Of a stretch of 64,000 bases of DNA, positions 17,382 to 26,549 are shown piece after piece. Position 1 is the first letter of the stretch; the number at the start of each line of letters is the position of its first letter. The stretch is taken from the NCBI GenBank assembly GCA_017472285.1, contig JAFUQQ010000058.1, forward strand, positions 6,637 to 70,636. Direction: 5' to 3'. A program made the position numbers and the translations under genes. This stretch comes from Clostridia bacterium (GTDB lineage Bacteria > Bacillota > Clostridia > Oscillospirales > CAG-272). The notes beneath the pieces are model-generated. The model worked only from the letters and a program-made list of their open reading frames with translations, had not been told where the DNA came from and did no database searches.

Positions 17382-19967
17382 TTATTTCAAAAATTTTTCG
17401 AGTAGCTTTCTGTAAGCATCTTTGTAAGGCTGGTAGCGCATGGGGAGATCGAGCCATGTCTTTTTGTCAACGATGCTCTTGGTGTGAGAGAAGGCATCGA
17501 AGCCGGTCTTGCCGTGATAAGCACCCATACCGCTTTCGCCGACACCGCCGAAGCCCATTTCACTGGTCGCGAGATGGATAACGGTATCATTGATACAGCC
17601 GCCACCGTAAGAAACACGCTGTGTGATGAGTTTGATGTGATCTTTATCTTTGGAGAAAAGATAAAGCGCGAGAGGTTTGGGTCTGTCTGCAAGCAAAGGA
17701 ATGATCTCATCAAATTTCTTGAACGTGATGATCGGAAGCACAGGTCCGAAGATTTCTTCCTGCATAACCGCGTCATCCCATGTGACGTTATCCATGATCG
17801 TGGGCGCAATCTTCAAGGATTTTTCATTGACATTACCGCCGAAAATGACTTTATCCTGATCGATCAGAGAGGCGACACGGTCAAAATGCTTTTTGTTGAT
17901 CATTTTACCGTAATGCGGATTGTCTGTGGGGATATAACCGTACTGCGCGCGGATCTGTTTTTGCAGTTCACCGATCAGTTCGTATTTGATGCTTTCTTCA
18001 CAAAGGATGTAATCGGGTGCGACACAAGTCTGACCGCAGTTCAGGAATTTACCGAAAACGATGCGTTTTGCCGCAAGAGAAATCTTGGCGGAGCTATCGA
18101 CGATACAAGGGCTTTTACCGCCAAGCTCAAGGACTGTGGGGGTCAGATGTTCTGCCGTATGGCGAAGGACTTCTTTACCGACGTTGGTACTGCCCGTGAA
18201 GAATACCATATCCCATTTCTTTTCGAGAAGTGCTTTGTTTTCTTCTCTGCCGCCTGTGACGACAGCGACGTATTTGGAGGGGAAGGTTTCCGCAATGATC
18301 TTTGCCACGATCTCACTTGCCGCAGGAGAATATGCACTCGGTTTGACAACGGCGGTATTGCCTGCCGCAATCGCGTTGACGAGCGGTCCCATCGTCAGAA
18401 GGATCGGATAATTCCAAGGGCTCATGATGAGCACATTGCCGTAAGGAATGGGCTGCTTATAGCTCTCGGAATGGAATTGCGCAAGAGGGGTCTTGACTTT
18501 TTTCTTTGCGGAAAATTTCTCGACGTTTTTAATCATATAGCTGATTTCCGAAAGTACCATGCCGATTTCACACATGAAGCTCTCGTAATTACTCTTTCCG
18601 AGGTCAGCCATGAGTGCTTCCGCGATTTCTTCTTCATTATTTTTGATAACGCTATACAACTTTTTGAGCATATAGATACGGAAACCGATGGAGAACGTCG
18701 CGCCGCTACGGAAAAATTCTTTCTGGCTTTTTAAGATCTGATCGATATTTTTTGTCATAGGCTTTCTTCTTTCTGATGTTTTTCTGTAAAATTTTTCAAG
18801 CTCTTTTGCGGTCATGAGCTTCGGAACGGGGTATAAGGGATTGGCTTCTTTTGCCGCGTGTTTTGCCATCCGAGGAATATCTTCTTCTTTGATTTCGGGG
18901 AACGTTTCGGGGATATTCATTCTGCGGTTCAATTCCTTCACGGCGTTTATGAATTTCTTTGCGGCATCGGCATGGCTATCTTCTTTGGTTGCGACACCTG
19001 CCGAGATGGCAAGGGCATGCAGCTTGAAATGTACGGCTTCTCCGTAATCCTCCAGAACGACGGGAAGCAATACGGCATTGGCAAATCCGTGCGGGATATT
19101 ATATTGTCCGCCCAAAGAATGTGCAACGGCATGAACGTAGCCGACGTAAGATTTGGAGAAAGCAATGCCCGCTTTATATGCCGCTGTCAGCATATTTTTT
19201 CTGGCTTTGCGATCGTTACCGTTATTGTATGCTTTTTCAATATTATGGAACACAAGATATACCGCTTCCAAAGCAAGTTTGCGTGTTTCTTTGTTGGTGG
19301 AATTTCCGATGAAGGCTTCAACGGCATGCGTCAATGCATCCATACCCGTCGTTGCGGTGAGGGATGGCGGTAAAGTCAGGGTTACTTCGGGATCAAGCAC
19401 GGCATGAGAAGGGATCATCGTGAAATTATTCATGGTATATTTATGCTTCTTCTCGCTGTCCGTGATGACGGCGGTGACGGTCGTTTCGCTTCCCGTTCCC
19501 GCTGTTGTCGGAATGGCAACGAGTGTCGGGAGTTTGCGCAGAACGCGAAGCAGACCTTTCATCTGTTCCAACGATTTATTCGGATATGCGACTCTCGCGC
19601 CGACGGCTTTCGCGCAATCGATGGAAGATCCGCCGCCGATGGCGATCAGAGTCTCGCATTTTTCTTTTTGGTAAAGCGCGAAGGCATCCTCCGTATTATG
19701 CACGGTCGGATTGGGGCAAACCCCGTCGTAGACGATACAACGGATATCATGCGCGGCAAGACTTTCTTCCAAGGCTTTTGTCGTGCCAAACTCACGGAGC
19801 TTTTTATCGGTTACGAGCAGAACTGCGGAGATCTGAAGCTCTCTGAAAAGCGAACTGATCTTGTCGGTACTTTCCAGAATTTTGGGTTCTCTGTAAGGCA
19901 AAAGTGGGAGCGCAATGTGGAAGGCAGTCTGAAAAACTCTGCAATAAATTTTTTCGATCGGATTCAT
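17382..19967 (-). CDS. fusion protein: N-terminal iron-containing alcohol dehydrogenase + C-terminal NAD(P)-dependent aldehyde dehydrogenase (class-3-like)
   Basis: Fe-ADH motifs GGGSSIDCAKAV and HSLGGQYNIPHGFANA in the N-terminal half. ALDH motifs ELGGKSPCIV and FLNCGQTCVAPDY in the C-terminal half. Start set at MNPIEK, downstream of the predicted promoter. Confidence 0.85.
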   Translation of the reverse strand: MNPIEKIYCRVFQTAFHIALPLLPYREPKILESTDKISSLFRELQISAVLLVTDKKLREFGTTKALEESLAAHDIRCIVYDGVCPNPTVHNTEDAFALYQKEKCETLIAIGGGSSIDCAKAVGARVAYPNKSLEQMKGLLRVLRKLPTLVAIPTTAGTGSETTVTAVITDSEKKHKYTMNNFTMIPSHAVLDPEVTLTLPPSLTATTGMDALTHAVEAFIGNSTNKETRKLALEAVYLVFHNIEKAYNNGNDRKARKNMLTAAYKAGIAFSKSYVGYVHAVAHSLGGQYNIPHGFANAVLLPVVLEDYGEAVHFKLHALAISAGVATKEDSHADAAKKFINAVKELNRRMNIPETFPEIKEEDIPRMAKHAAKEANPLYPVPKLMTAKELEKFYRKTSERRKPMTKNIDQILKSQKEFFRSGATFSIGFRIYMLKKLYSVIKNNEEEIAEALMADLGKSNYESFMCEIGMVLSEISYMIKNVEKFSAKKKVKTPLAQFHSESYKQPIPYGNVLIMSPWNYPILLTMGPLVNAIAAGNTAVVKPSAYSPAASEIVAKIIAETFPSKYVAVVTGGREENKALLEKKWDMVFFTGSTNVGKEVLRHTAEHLTPTVLELGGKSPCIVDSSAKISLAAKRIVFGKFLNCGQTCVAPDYILCEESIKYELIGELQKQIRAQYGYIPTDNPHYGKMINKKHFDRVASLIDQDKVIFGGNVNEKSLKIAPTIMDNVTWDDAVMQEEIFGPVLPIITFKKFDEIIPLLADRPKPLALYLFSKDKDHIKLITQRVSYGGGCINDTVIHLATSEMGFGGVGESGMGAYHGKTGFDAFSHTKSIVDKKTWLDLPMRYQPYKDAYRKLLEKFLK

Positions 19968-20025
19968 GATTTGACCTCTTTTTTTGATCGGAATTTGTCT
20001 TGCGACATGATTCATAATTGCCCAT

Positions 20026-20055
20026 ATTATACCATTTTATCCATGGTGAAGTCAA
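20026..20055 (-). promoter_or_regulatory. promoter TTGACT-18-TGgTATAAT for the ADH-ALDH gene
   Basis: Read on the minus strand. Places the TSS inside the ORF-track N-terminal extension, which supports the 19967 start. Confidence 0.5.
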
Positions 20056-20244
20056 GAAGCGGTACGGAAAATGGACACATACGATACAATATGTAGTGAA
20101 AAGGTCACAGAAGAACTGCTTTGATGAAAAATCATCGGAATCCAAACGATCTGTTTCTATTATATAATAGATTCAAACAAAAATCAAGTCTATTTCGTAC
20201 AAACTGGATATGATAAATCGATCCAAATATAATATATTACCGCC

Positions 20245-20273
20245 TTGATTTTTTATATTGACAATGTTATAAT
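20245..20273 (+). promoter_or_regulatory. promoter TTGATT-17-TGtTATAAT
   Basis: Upstream of the aldolase gene. Confidence 0.5.
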
Positions 20274-20315
20274 AATATGTATAAAATCTGAACAATCCAA
20301 AAAGGAGACCGTTAT

Positions 20316-21197
20316 ATGAAAACAACATTTCAGGGAGTATTTCCCGCTCTTATCACGCCTCTTACAAAAGATGAAACATTAAATATTCCCGCGCTTGAAA
20401 AATTACTCGATTATGAAATGAAACAAGGTGCCAACGGTTTTTATATCGGCGGTGCAACAGGCGAAGGACTTCTTCTCGATATTCCCGAACGTAAAAAACT
20501 TTGTGAAAAATCCATTGAATTTATCGGTGCAGATAAAGCCAAGATCGTACATATCACGGATATGAATTTCCGTAATACCATCGAGCTTGCCAAACACGCG
20601 GAAGCTTGCGGTGCAGATGCCATTTCTTCTATCGCTCCCATCTATTTCAAATATGATGAAAACGATATCTATGAGTATTATAAAGCCATCGCGGACAGCG
20701 TCAATATTCCCGTTATTATCTATTATACCGTCGCGGCAGGGGTGACGATCAGCCTTGATCTTTTTTCCCGTCTTTTTGCCGTGGATAATATCACGGGTGT
20801 GAAATGGACTTCTTCCAATTATTATGAAATGATCTCTTTGCGTGAAAAATTCCCCGAAGCCAATATTTTTAACGGACCTGACGAAATGCTTATTTGCGGA
20901 CTTTCAGGCGGTACGGATGGCGGTATCGGTTCAACGTATAATATTATGTATCCCACCATCCGTGCGATCTATGACCGTTTCCGTGCGGGCGATATCATCG
21001 GCGCACAGGAATCTCAGAAAAAAGCGGATAAGATCATCCGTGTGATTCTCAAATATTCCGTGATTCCCGTTTGTAAACTCGTTCTTGAAGAAAAAGGCAT
21101 TGAAGTCGGTAACGCTTCTTTCCCGATGACCGTTTATACACCCGAACAAAGAAACAAGATCATCGCGGAACTGGTCGAAGCGGGGCTTGACATTTGA
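20316..21197 (+). CDS. DHDPS/N-acetylneuraminate lyase family class I aldolase
   Basis: 293 aa. GGATGEG motif and ITGVKWTS (Schiff-base Lys region) are typical of the DapA/NanA family. Confidence 0.75.
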   Translation: MKTTFQGVFPALITPLTKDETLNIPALEKLLDYEMKQGANGFYIGGATGEGLLLDIPERKKLCEKSIEFIGADKAKIVHITDMNFRNTIELAKHAEACGADAISSIAPIYFKYDENDIYEYYKAIADSVNIPVIIYYTVAAGVTISLDLFSRLFAVDNITGVKWTSSNYYEMISLREKFPEANIFNGPDEMLICGLSGGTDGGIGSTYNIMYPTIRAIYDRFRAGDIIGAQESQKKADKIIRVILKYSVIPVCKLVLEEKGIEVGNASFPMTVYTPEQRNKIIAELVEAGLDI

Positions 21198-21213
21198 TAC
21201 AAGGAGGTCTTTT

Positions 21214-21912
21214 ATGACATACGTCATGTCCGATATTCACGGCGAATACGAAAAATATATCAAAATGCTGGATCTGATCGAATTTTCCGATGAAGATACT
21301 TTATATATTCTCGGTGACGTTGTGGACCGAGGTGCAGAACCGATGAAAATTCTTTATGATATGAGTATGCGTCCGAACGTCATTCCTCTTATGGGAAATC
21401 ATGAACATATGGCGGAAGATATTTTGCGCACGACGAACGTGGAGATCACAGAAAAAAGTCTTGCGACCAATTGGAATGAAGATATTGTCCGCGCCGTTTA
21501 TGATTGGTATGAAAACGGTGGTTACACCACTTCCAAGGATTTTCACCGCCTTTTGCCTGAAGACCGTGAATATATTCTTGACTATTTACAGGAATTTACT
21601 TTTTATGAAGAAATAACTGTCGGTGAAAATACATTTATCCTCGTTCATGCGGGACTTCCTGATTTTTCTCCCGAAAAATCGATGGAGGATTATCCCGAAT
21701 TGCTGATGCTTTATGCCAAAACCGATTATACCAAGCGGTATTATCCCGATAAATATCTCGTGACGGGTCATGTGCCTACGTTTGCGATCGATCCTGCATA
21801 TGATGGAAAAATTTATCGGAAAAACGGTCATATTGCCATCGATTGCGGCGCGGGGCATGGAAAACCGCTGGGCTGTATTCGTCTGGATGATTTCAAAGAA
21901 TTTTATATCTGA
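21214..21912 (+). CDS. metallophosphoesterase (Ser/Thr phosphatase / ApaH-PrpE-like)
   Basis: SDIHGE, LGDVVDRG and GNHE motifs. AAGGAGG upstream of the ATG at 21214. Confidence 0.8.
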   Translation: MTYVMSDIHGEYEKYIKMLDLIEFSDEDTLYILGDVVDRGAEPMKILYDMSMRPNVIPLMGNHEHMAEDILRTTNVEITEKSLATNWNEDIVRAVYDWYENGGYTTSKDFHRLLPEDREYILDYLQEFTFYEEITVGENTFILVHAGLPDFSPEKSMEDYPELLMLYAKTDYTKRYYPDKYLVTGHVPTFAIDPAYDGKIYRKNGHIAIDCGAGHGKPLGCIRLDDFKEFYI

Positions 21913-21988
21913 TATTTTTTTCAAATACTTGTAAACTTCTTTTTTGTGTGCTATCATATAAGAAGCCAAAAAGAAAGGAGTGAAAACA

Positions 21989-22663
21989 ATGATTTATTTT
22001 ACGGGTGACACACATGGTGAAACTTCCCGTTTCCGCGACTTTTTAAACTATGGAGAAGCGAATTGGACGGCAGATGATACTTTGATTATTTGCGGCGATT
22101 TCGGCTATTTATTCAAAAATGACGTAAGAGAACGTCTTTTTCTGGATGAACTCGCGGCAAGACCGTATACCATCTGCTTTTGTGACGGTAACCATGAAAA
22201 TTTCCCCGCGATTTATGAATATCCTGTGAAAGAATGGAATGGCGGTAAGGTTCATGAGATCCGTCCGAATATTTTCCACCTGATGCGCGGTCAGATTTTT
22301 ACGATCGAAGGTAAAAAGATTTTCGCAATGGGAGGCGCATACAGCAGAGATAAAGCGATGCGCACAGCCGGTCGTTCATGGTGGCCCGAAGAACTTCCTT
22401 GCGATGCGGAATATAAAGAAGCGGCGGCAAACCTGAAAGCACATGATTTCAAGGTCGATTATGTCGTTTCTCATACCGCACCGACGGAAATCATCCGCAG
22501 AGTCGGTTGGACACCCGATATCCATGATGGCGAACTCACAGGTTTTCTCGAATGGGTCATGTATGAAACCGAATATAAAAAATGGTTCTTCGGTCATTTG
22601 CATCTCGATGAAGAAATCGGTGAGAAACATCGCGCTTTGTCTTTTGATGTCGTGGCGGTCTGA
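21989..22663 (+). CDS. metallophosphoesterase family protein
   Basis: GDTHGE, CGDFGY and GNHEN motifs. GAAAGGAG upstream. Confidence 0.75.
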   Translation: MIYFTGDTHGETSRFRDFLNYGEANWTADDTLIICGDFGYLFKNDVRERLFLDELAARPYTICFCDGNHENFPAIYEYPVKEWNGGKVHEIRPNIFHLMRGQIFTIEGKKIFAMGGAYSRDKAMRTAGRSWWPEELPCDAEYKEAAANLKAHDFKVDYVVSHTAPTEIIRRVGWTPDIHDGELTGFLEWVMYETEYKKWFFGHLHLDEEIGEKHRALSFDVVAV

Positions 22664-22712
22664 AATTGCAGAATATACGATTTTTGCTATCTATCATCAA
22701 GGCGAACTTTTA

Positions 22713-22745
22713 AAAAAGCGGAGTGAAATTCACTCCGCTTTTTTA
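22713..22745. terminator. bidirectional rho-independent terminator
   Basis: AAAAAGCGGAGTG-AAATT-CACTCCGCTTTTT between convergent genes. Confidence 0.85.
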
Positions 22746-22779
22746 AGTATAAGAATTTGTGTAAAGGTGTGCAGGCGGA

Positions 22780-23361
22780 TTATTCATCGCGGATCAGGAT
22801 GGATTTGGTATCGGTCAAGGCATAGACGGAATACGTTCCGATCGATTTCAGTTCCTCCAGATCCGCTTGCCGTTCTTCATTATAATGACAGATCAGAATA
22901 CCGCCGAATAAACCGAGTCCCGAAAAATCGGTAAGACCAAATGTATCTTTATCATATTTTGCAACGTGTGCGATATTTGCCGTTGCGATATGTGCGCCCG
23001 CACTGCCACCGATATAAATAACACCGTTTTGAACGTAATTTAAAATTGCCTGATCGAGTCCCGATTCACGCAGACGTTTCATTGTGCCGAACGTATTGCC
23101 GCCGCTAATATAGATCAGATCGATCTTCAAATCAAAAAATGCGCTCGGATTCCAATAATTTGCTACATAAATATTCTTCTTCTGAAAACCGAACGAGGCA
23201 AGACGGGTTTCATATTTTCCGCTTTTGATTGTTTCAGGTGTTGCTTTTTCGTTGGGAAAATATAAAACTTTGCAATCTGCAATCGGTTTGCAGAGATGAT
23301 TTTTGATGAATTTGGCGGATTCGGCATTGCCGAAATCACAGGATGATAAGATCAATCTCAT
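22780..23361 (-). CDS. peptidase S51 (dipeptidase E-like)
   Basis: ISGGNTF and IGGSAGAHI motifs. 193 aa. Confidence 0.75.
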   Translation of the reverse strand: MRLILSSCDFGNAESAKFIKNHLCKPIADCKVLYFPNEKATPETIKSGKYETRLASFGFQKKNIYVANYWNPSAFFDLKIDLIYISGGNTFGTMKRLRESGLDQAILNYVQNGVIYIGGSAGAHIATANIAHVAKYDKDTFGLTDFSGLGLFGGILICHYNEERQADLEELKSIGTYSVYALTDTKSILIRDE

Positions 23362-23372
23362 TTTTTCTCCTT

Positions 23373-23924
23373 TCAGAGTATTTTCTGCATGAAAATCTCT
23401 TTGACAGTTCTGCCATCTTTCAATTTTAAAGCGTTGGGACGTTCGCAGACGATGGAAAAACCGAATTTTTCATAAAGTGCTTGTGCGCGGTCATTGCCCT
23501 CAATAAATTCAAGCTCAACGATTTCAATTCTTTCGCGCGCATCTGCTGCTGCAAGCAGTTCTTCAAATATAGCGGAGCCAATACCGAGTCCCCAATATTT
23601 TTTCAGAATGGCAATAGCAAGGGACGCACGATGTCCTGCCTTTTTTCCCATACGGAAACTGATTTCACCATTGCCGGCAACTTCTCCATCGATATAACAG
23701 GTGATCGCCAAGTTGTTATTTGAATTTCGTATATTTTTAATCCATTTTTCTTCGTTTTCGATCGAAAAGCCTTCCCATTCTTCAGGATAACGGAGTAAAA
23801 AATCTGTTTCGCCGCAAGCGGTCTTGATATAATTCAGCATTTTTTCCCCGTCACCAATGGAGGGACTTTTCAAAACTGCGATAGTTCCGTTTTTTAATGT
23901 GATCGTTTTTTCGTTGAATATCAT
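23373..23924 (-). CDS. GNAT family N-acetyltransferase
   Basis: The WGLGIGSAIFEELL...ELEFIEGNDRAQALYEKFGF acetyl-CoA binding pattern. Confidence 0.8.
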   Translation of the reverse strand: MIFNEKTITLKNGTIAVLKSPSIGDGEKMLNYIKTACGETDFLLRYPEEWEGFSIENEEKWIKNIRNSNNNLAITCYIDGEVAGNGEISFRMGKKAGHRASLAIAILKKYWGLGIGSAIFEELLAAADARERIEIVELEFIEGNDRAQALYEKFGFSIVCERPNALKLKDGRTVKEIFMQKIL

Positions 23925-23987
23925 AATATTTTTCCTTCCCGACAAGATTATTTTGCCTTTTTTATTTTGTGAAAGAGCAATTTCTTA

Positions 23988-24030
23988 GAAAATAAAAATG
24001 GTGTAAATCGAAAAAACTTCGACTTACACC
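23988..24030 (-). terminator. rho-independent terminator (minus strand)
   Basis: GGTGTAAGTCGAA/TTCGATTTACACC stem followed by ATTTTTATTTTC on the minus strand. Confidence 0.7.
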
Positions 24031-24068
24031 GTAATATCCAATTGATCTGAATAGCCTCTATCATAAGG

Positions 24069-24170
24069 TTATATCAAATTTTGGGTATGACAATATAAGC
24101 CCGACAAATTTTTCCATTCGCCGTGCTGAAGCACAATATACATCACAGATGTGTAAGTGTTCATTGTCAT
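24069..24170 (-). CDS. candidate 33-aa micro-ORF (MTMNTYTSVMYIVLQHGEWKNLSGLYCHTQNLI); could instead be a small RNA
   Basis: Own consensus promoter (24198-24226), a GAAAGGA SD-like element and the terminator at 23988-24030. Below the ORF-track size cutoff. Confidence 0.35.
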   Translation of the reverse strand: MTMNTYTSVMYIVLQHGEWKNLSGLYCHTQNLI

Positions 24171-24197
24171 TGATCCTTTCAAAAAAATATTAAATTT

Positions 24198-24226
24198 AGT
24201 ATATCACACTTGGCAGTATTTGTCAA
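24198..24226 (-). promoter_or_regulatory. promoter TTGACA-17-TGaTATACT (minus strand)
   Basis: Consensus -35 and extended -10, read on the minus strand in an otherwise gene-free 340-bp gap. Confidence 0.6.
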
Positions 24227-24286
24227 GTGTTTTTTCGGATTTAAACATTGCAAAGGGTGCTGAGGCGGAATGAAACAAGATTCAAA

Positions 24287-24721
24287 TTAACCTTTCGTCA
24301 AAAGCAAGAGAGTCTGTTCATCTTCTTTACCGCCGTAATATTTTTCCAGAACTTTGTGAAAAACCGGATGTGCATTTTCTGTCTTGCTGAAAAGTGTCAT
24401 ACAAGATTGGACCTTGGTCGTGTCAGGGCTGCCAAAAATCAAATAAGGATTGTTATTCGGAAGCGCGAGCAGGGCTTCAGAAATTTCGATCAGTCTCGCC
24501 CCGAGAATCTCGTGGCGCATATACGCGTTAGCTTCTTCCATACTGCCGATTCCATAAAAATAAGAACGCGAGGATGCTCCCAACCCTCTGAGTTGAGGGA
24601 AAATATACCATATCCAATGACCCCTCTTGTGTCCGTTGCGTACTTCCGCAAGTGCTTGTTGATAAGTGGCGCAAGGAATACTTTCGTTCTGCGCCTTTAA
24701 AAAACGTTGCAATTGATGCAT
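24287..24721 (-). CDS. DUF1810 family protein
   Basis: LQRFLKAQ...Y..AL.E...G.K..HWIWYIFPQLRGLG is the characteristic DUF1810 N-terminal signature. Confidence 0.75.
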   Translation of the reverse strand: MHQLQRFLKAQNESIPCATYQQALAEVRNGHKRGHWIWYIFPQLRGLGASSRSYFYGIGSMEEANAYMRHEILGARLIEISEALLALPNNNPYLIFGSPDTTKVQSCMTLFSKTENAHPVFHKVLEKYYGGKEDEQTLLLLTKG

Positions 24722-24738
24722 GATGCACTCCTTTTCAA

Positions 24739-24818
24739 TAAAGCTTTTTGAAGAATTTTCAAGGGGACTTTTTCTCGAAAAAGTCCCCTTGAAACGTGGT
24801 TGGGAGCGGCAGCTCCAA
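24739..24818. repeat. intergenic palindromic repeat, copy 3
   Basis: CAAGGGGACTTTTTCTCGAAAAAGTCCCCTTG hairpin (24760-24791) plus a second GGGAGC/GCTCC hairpin. Same design as the other copies and located 3' of citrate synthase. Confidence 0.55.
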
Positions 24819-24824
24819 TTATTT

Positions 24825-26192
24825 TTAAAAATGATAACGGTCTTTCAAGGAAACGTAAGTCTTGTCTTCCTTGACGTTGATATAAGCGGGACGGATAATC
24901 TTGCCCGCGTTCTGAATTTCTTCGATTCGGTGTGCACTCCAGCCGGAGATACGCGCAGTTGCAAAGATCGGCGTATAAAGCTCAAGCGGAAGATCGAGCA
25001 TCTTATAGATCAAGCCGGAATAGAAGTCGACGTTCGGGCTGACCGTGCGGTACATATTGCGTTTAGACATGATGATCTCAGGCGCAAGACGGGCAACCGT
25101 TTCATAGAATTCGTATTCTTCCTGAAAACCTTTTTCTTCGGAAAGGTCCTTTGCGCAGCTCATGAGAATATCGGCTCTCGGGTCAGAAATAGAGTAGACC
25201 GCATGGCCAAGACCGTAGATCAGACCAGCATGGTCGAAAGCTTCTTTATTCAGCAGTTTCACAAGATAATCTTTGATCTGTCCTTCATCTTTGGTATTGA
25301 TATTCTGCTTCATGTCCTCAAACATCTGAACAACTTTGATGTTTGCGCCGCCGTGACGGGGACCTTTGAGAGAACCGAGTGCCGCCGCGATGGTCGCATA
25401 GGTATCCGTACCCGAAGACGTTACGACGTGTGTCGTAAAGGTGGAGTTGTTACCGCCGCCGTGTTCCGCGTGGAGAACGAGCGCAAGGTCGAGGATCTTC
25501 GCTTCCAATTTGGTGAACTGTCCGTCTTCGCGGAGAAGCTGGAGAAGATTTTCCGCCGTGGAAAGCTCGGGTTTAGGCAAATGGATGAAAAGGCTCTTAT
25601 CTTTATGATAATGCTGGAAGGACTGATAGCTGTATACGGAGAGCATGGGGAAGACTGCGATGAGCTGCAAGCACTGACGAAGGACGTTTGCAACGGAGGT
25701 GTCGTCGGGATTTTCGTCGTACGCATAGAGCGCAAGTACGCTTCGGGAAAGAATATTCATCATATCTTTGCCGGGGGCTTTGAGGATCATATCACGCACG
25801 AAGGAAGTCGGCAGACTGCGGTATTCCGCAAGTGTCTGACGGAAACGTTCGAGCTGATGCATATCGGGCAGTTCGGAAAAGAGAAGCAGATAAGTTGCTT
25901 CCTCAAAGCCGAAGCGGTCATCATGCAGAAAGCCTTTGACAAGATCGCGCACGTTGATACCTCTGTAAGCGAGGATGCCGTCGATGGGGGTTACGTTACC
26001 GTTTTCATCGACGATTTTGGACTGTACGTTGGAGATTTCAGTCAGTCCCGTTACAACGCCGTTACCTTTCACGTCGCGCAAGCCGCGGAATACGTGATGG
26101 CGGTCATACATTTCGGTACGGATGCCGTTATTACGGATCGATTTTTCCGCCATTTCGTGGATGTAGGGGGTGATATCGGAAAAAGTTGTCAT
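24825..26192 (-). CDS. citrate synthase
   Basis: 455 aa. HAEHGGGNNSTF, GPRHGGAN and GLGHAVY motifs. AAGGAG upstream of MTTFSD. Confidence 0.9.
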   Translation of the reverse strand: MTTFSDITPYIHEMAEKSIRNNGIRTEMYDRHHVFRGLRDVKGNGVVTGLTEISNVQSKIVDENGNVTPIDGILAYRGINVRDLVKGFLHDDRFGFEEATYLLLFSELPDMHQLERFRQTLAEYRSLPTSFVRDMILKAPGKDMMNILSRSVLALYAYDENPDDTSVANVLRQCLQLIAVFPMLSVYSYQSFQHYHKDKSLFIHLPKPELSTAENLLQLLREDGQFTKLEAKILDLALVLHAEHGGGNNSTFTTHVVTSSGTDTYATIAAALGSLKGPRHGGANIKVVQMFEDMKQNINTKDEGQIKDYLVKLLNKEAFDHAGLIYGLGHAVYSISDPRADILMSCAKDLSEEKGFQEEYEFYETVARLAPEIIMSKRNMYRTVSPNVDFYSGLIYKMLDLPLELYTPIFATARISGWSAHRIEEIQNAGKIIRPAYINVKEDKTYVSLKDRYHF

Positions 26193-26242
26193 TATATATT
26201 CTCCTTTTTTATAAGGGGGGATTTCATTAAAAGAATGAAAAC

Positions 26243-26272
26243 AGTATAGCACAGTTTTCCTTGATTTGTCAA
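26243..26272 (-). promoter_or_regulatory. promoter TTGACA-18-TGcTATACT for citrate synthase
   Basis: Read on the minus strand. Confidence 0.5.
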
Positions 26273-26320
26273 GAAAATGCTGACGATTTTTGTGAATTTT
26301 ATGTTAAAATTGAAAAAAGC

Positions 26321-26348
26321 TTGACAAGCTTTCGGAATACGTTATATT
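26321..26348 (+). promoter_or_regulatory. promoter TTGACA-16-TATATT driving a roughly 200-nt leader
   Basis: Consensus -35. No ORF before 26550. Confidence 0.45.
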
Positions 26349-26384
26349 ATTGAATCAAAAGGATAAACTTTACGATAAGCTATC

Positions 26385-26497
26385 CGCCCGCGTCATCCTC
26401 GAGGCGCAGACTCACGGGATTCTTCGTGTCCATCCGTTTTTGAACGTCTGTACACTCCAGAATGACATCGTGGGTCTGCGCCGAAGGATCTCGGGCG
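26385..26497 (+). promoter_or_regulatory. long imperfect hairpin / structured GC-rich leader element
   Basis: The 5' arm CGCCCG..ATCCT..GCGCAGACTCACG pairs with the 3' arm CGTGGGTCTGCGC..AGGAT..CGGGCG. Conspicuously GC-rich compared with its surroundings. Confidence 0.45.
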
Positions 26498-26549
26498 AAA
26501 CGCTTTCTCGCTTAACGAAATGAAATTGAACTTTACGGAGGTTTTATAT

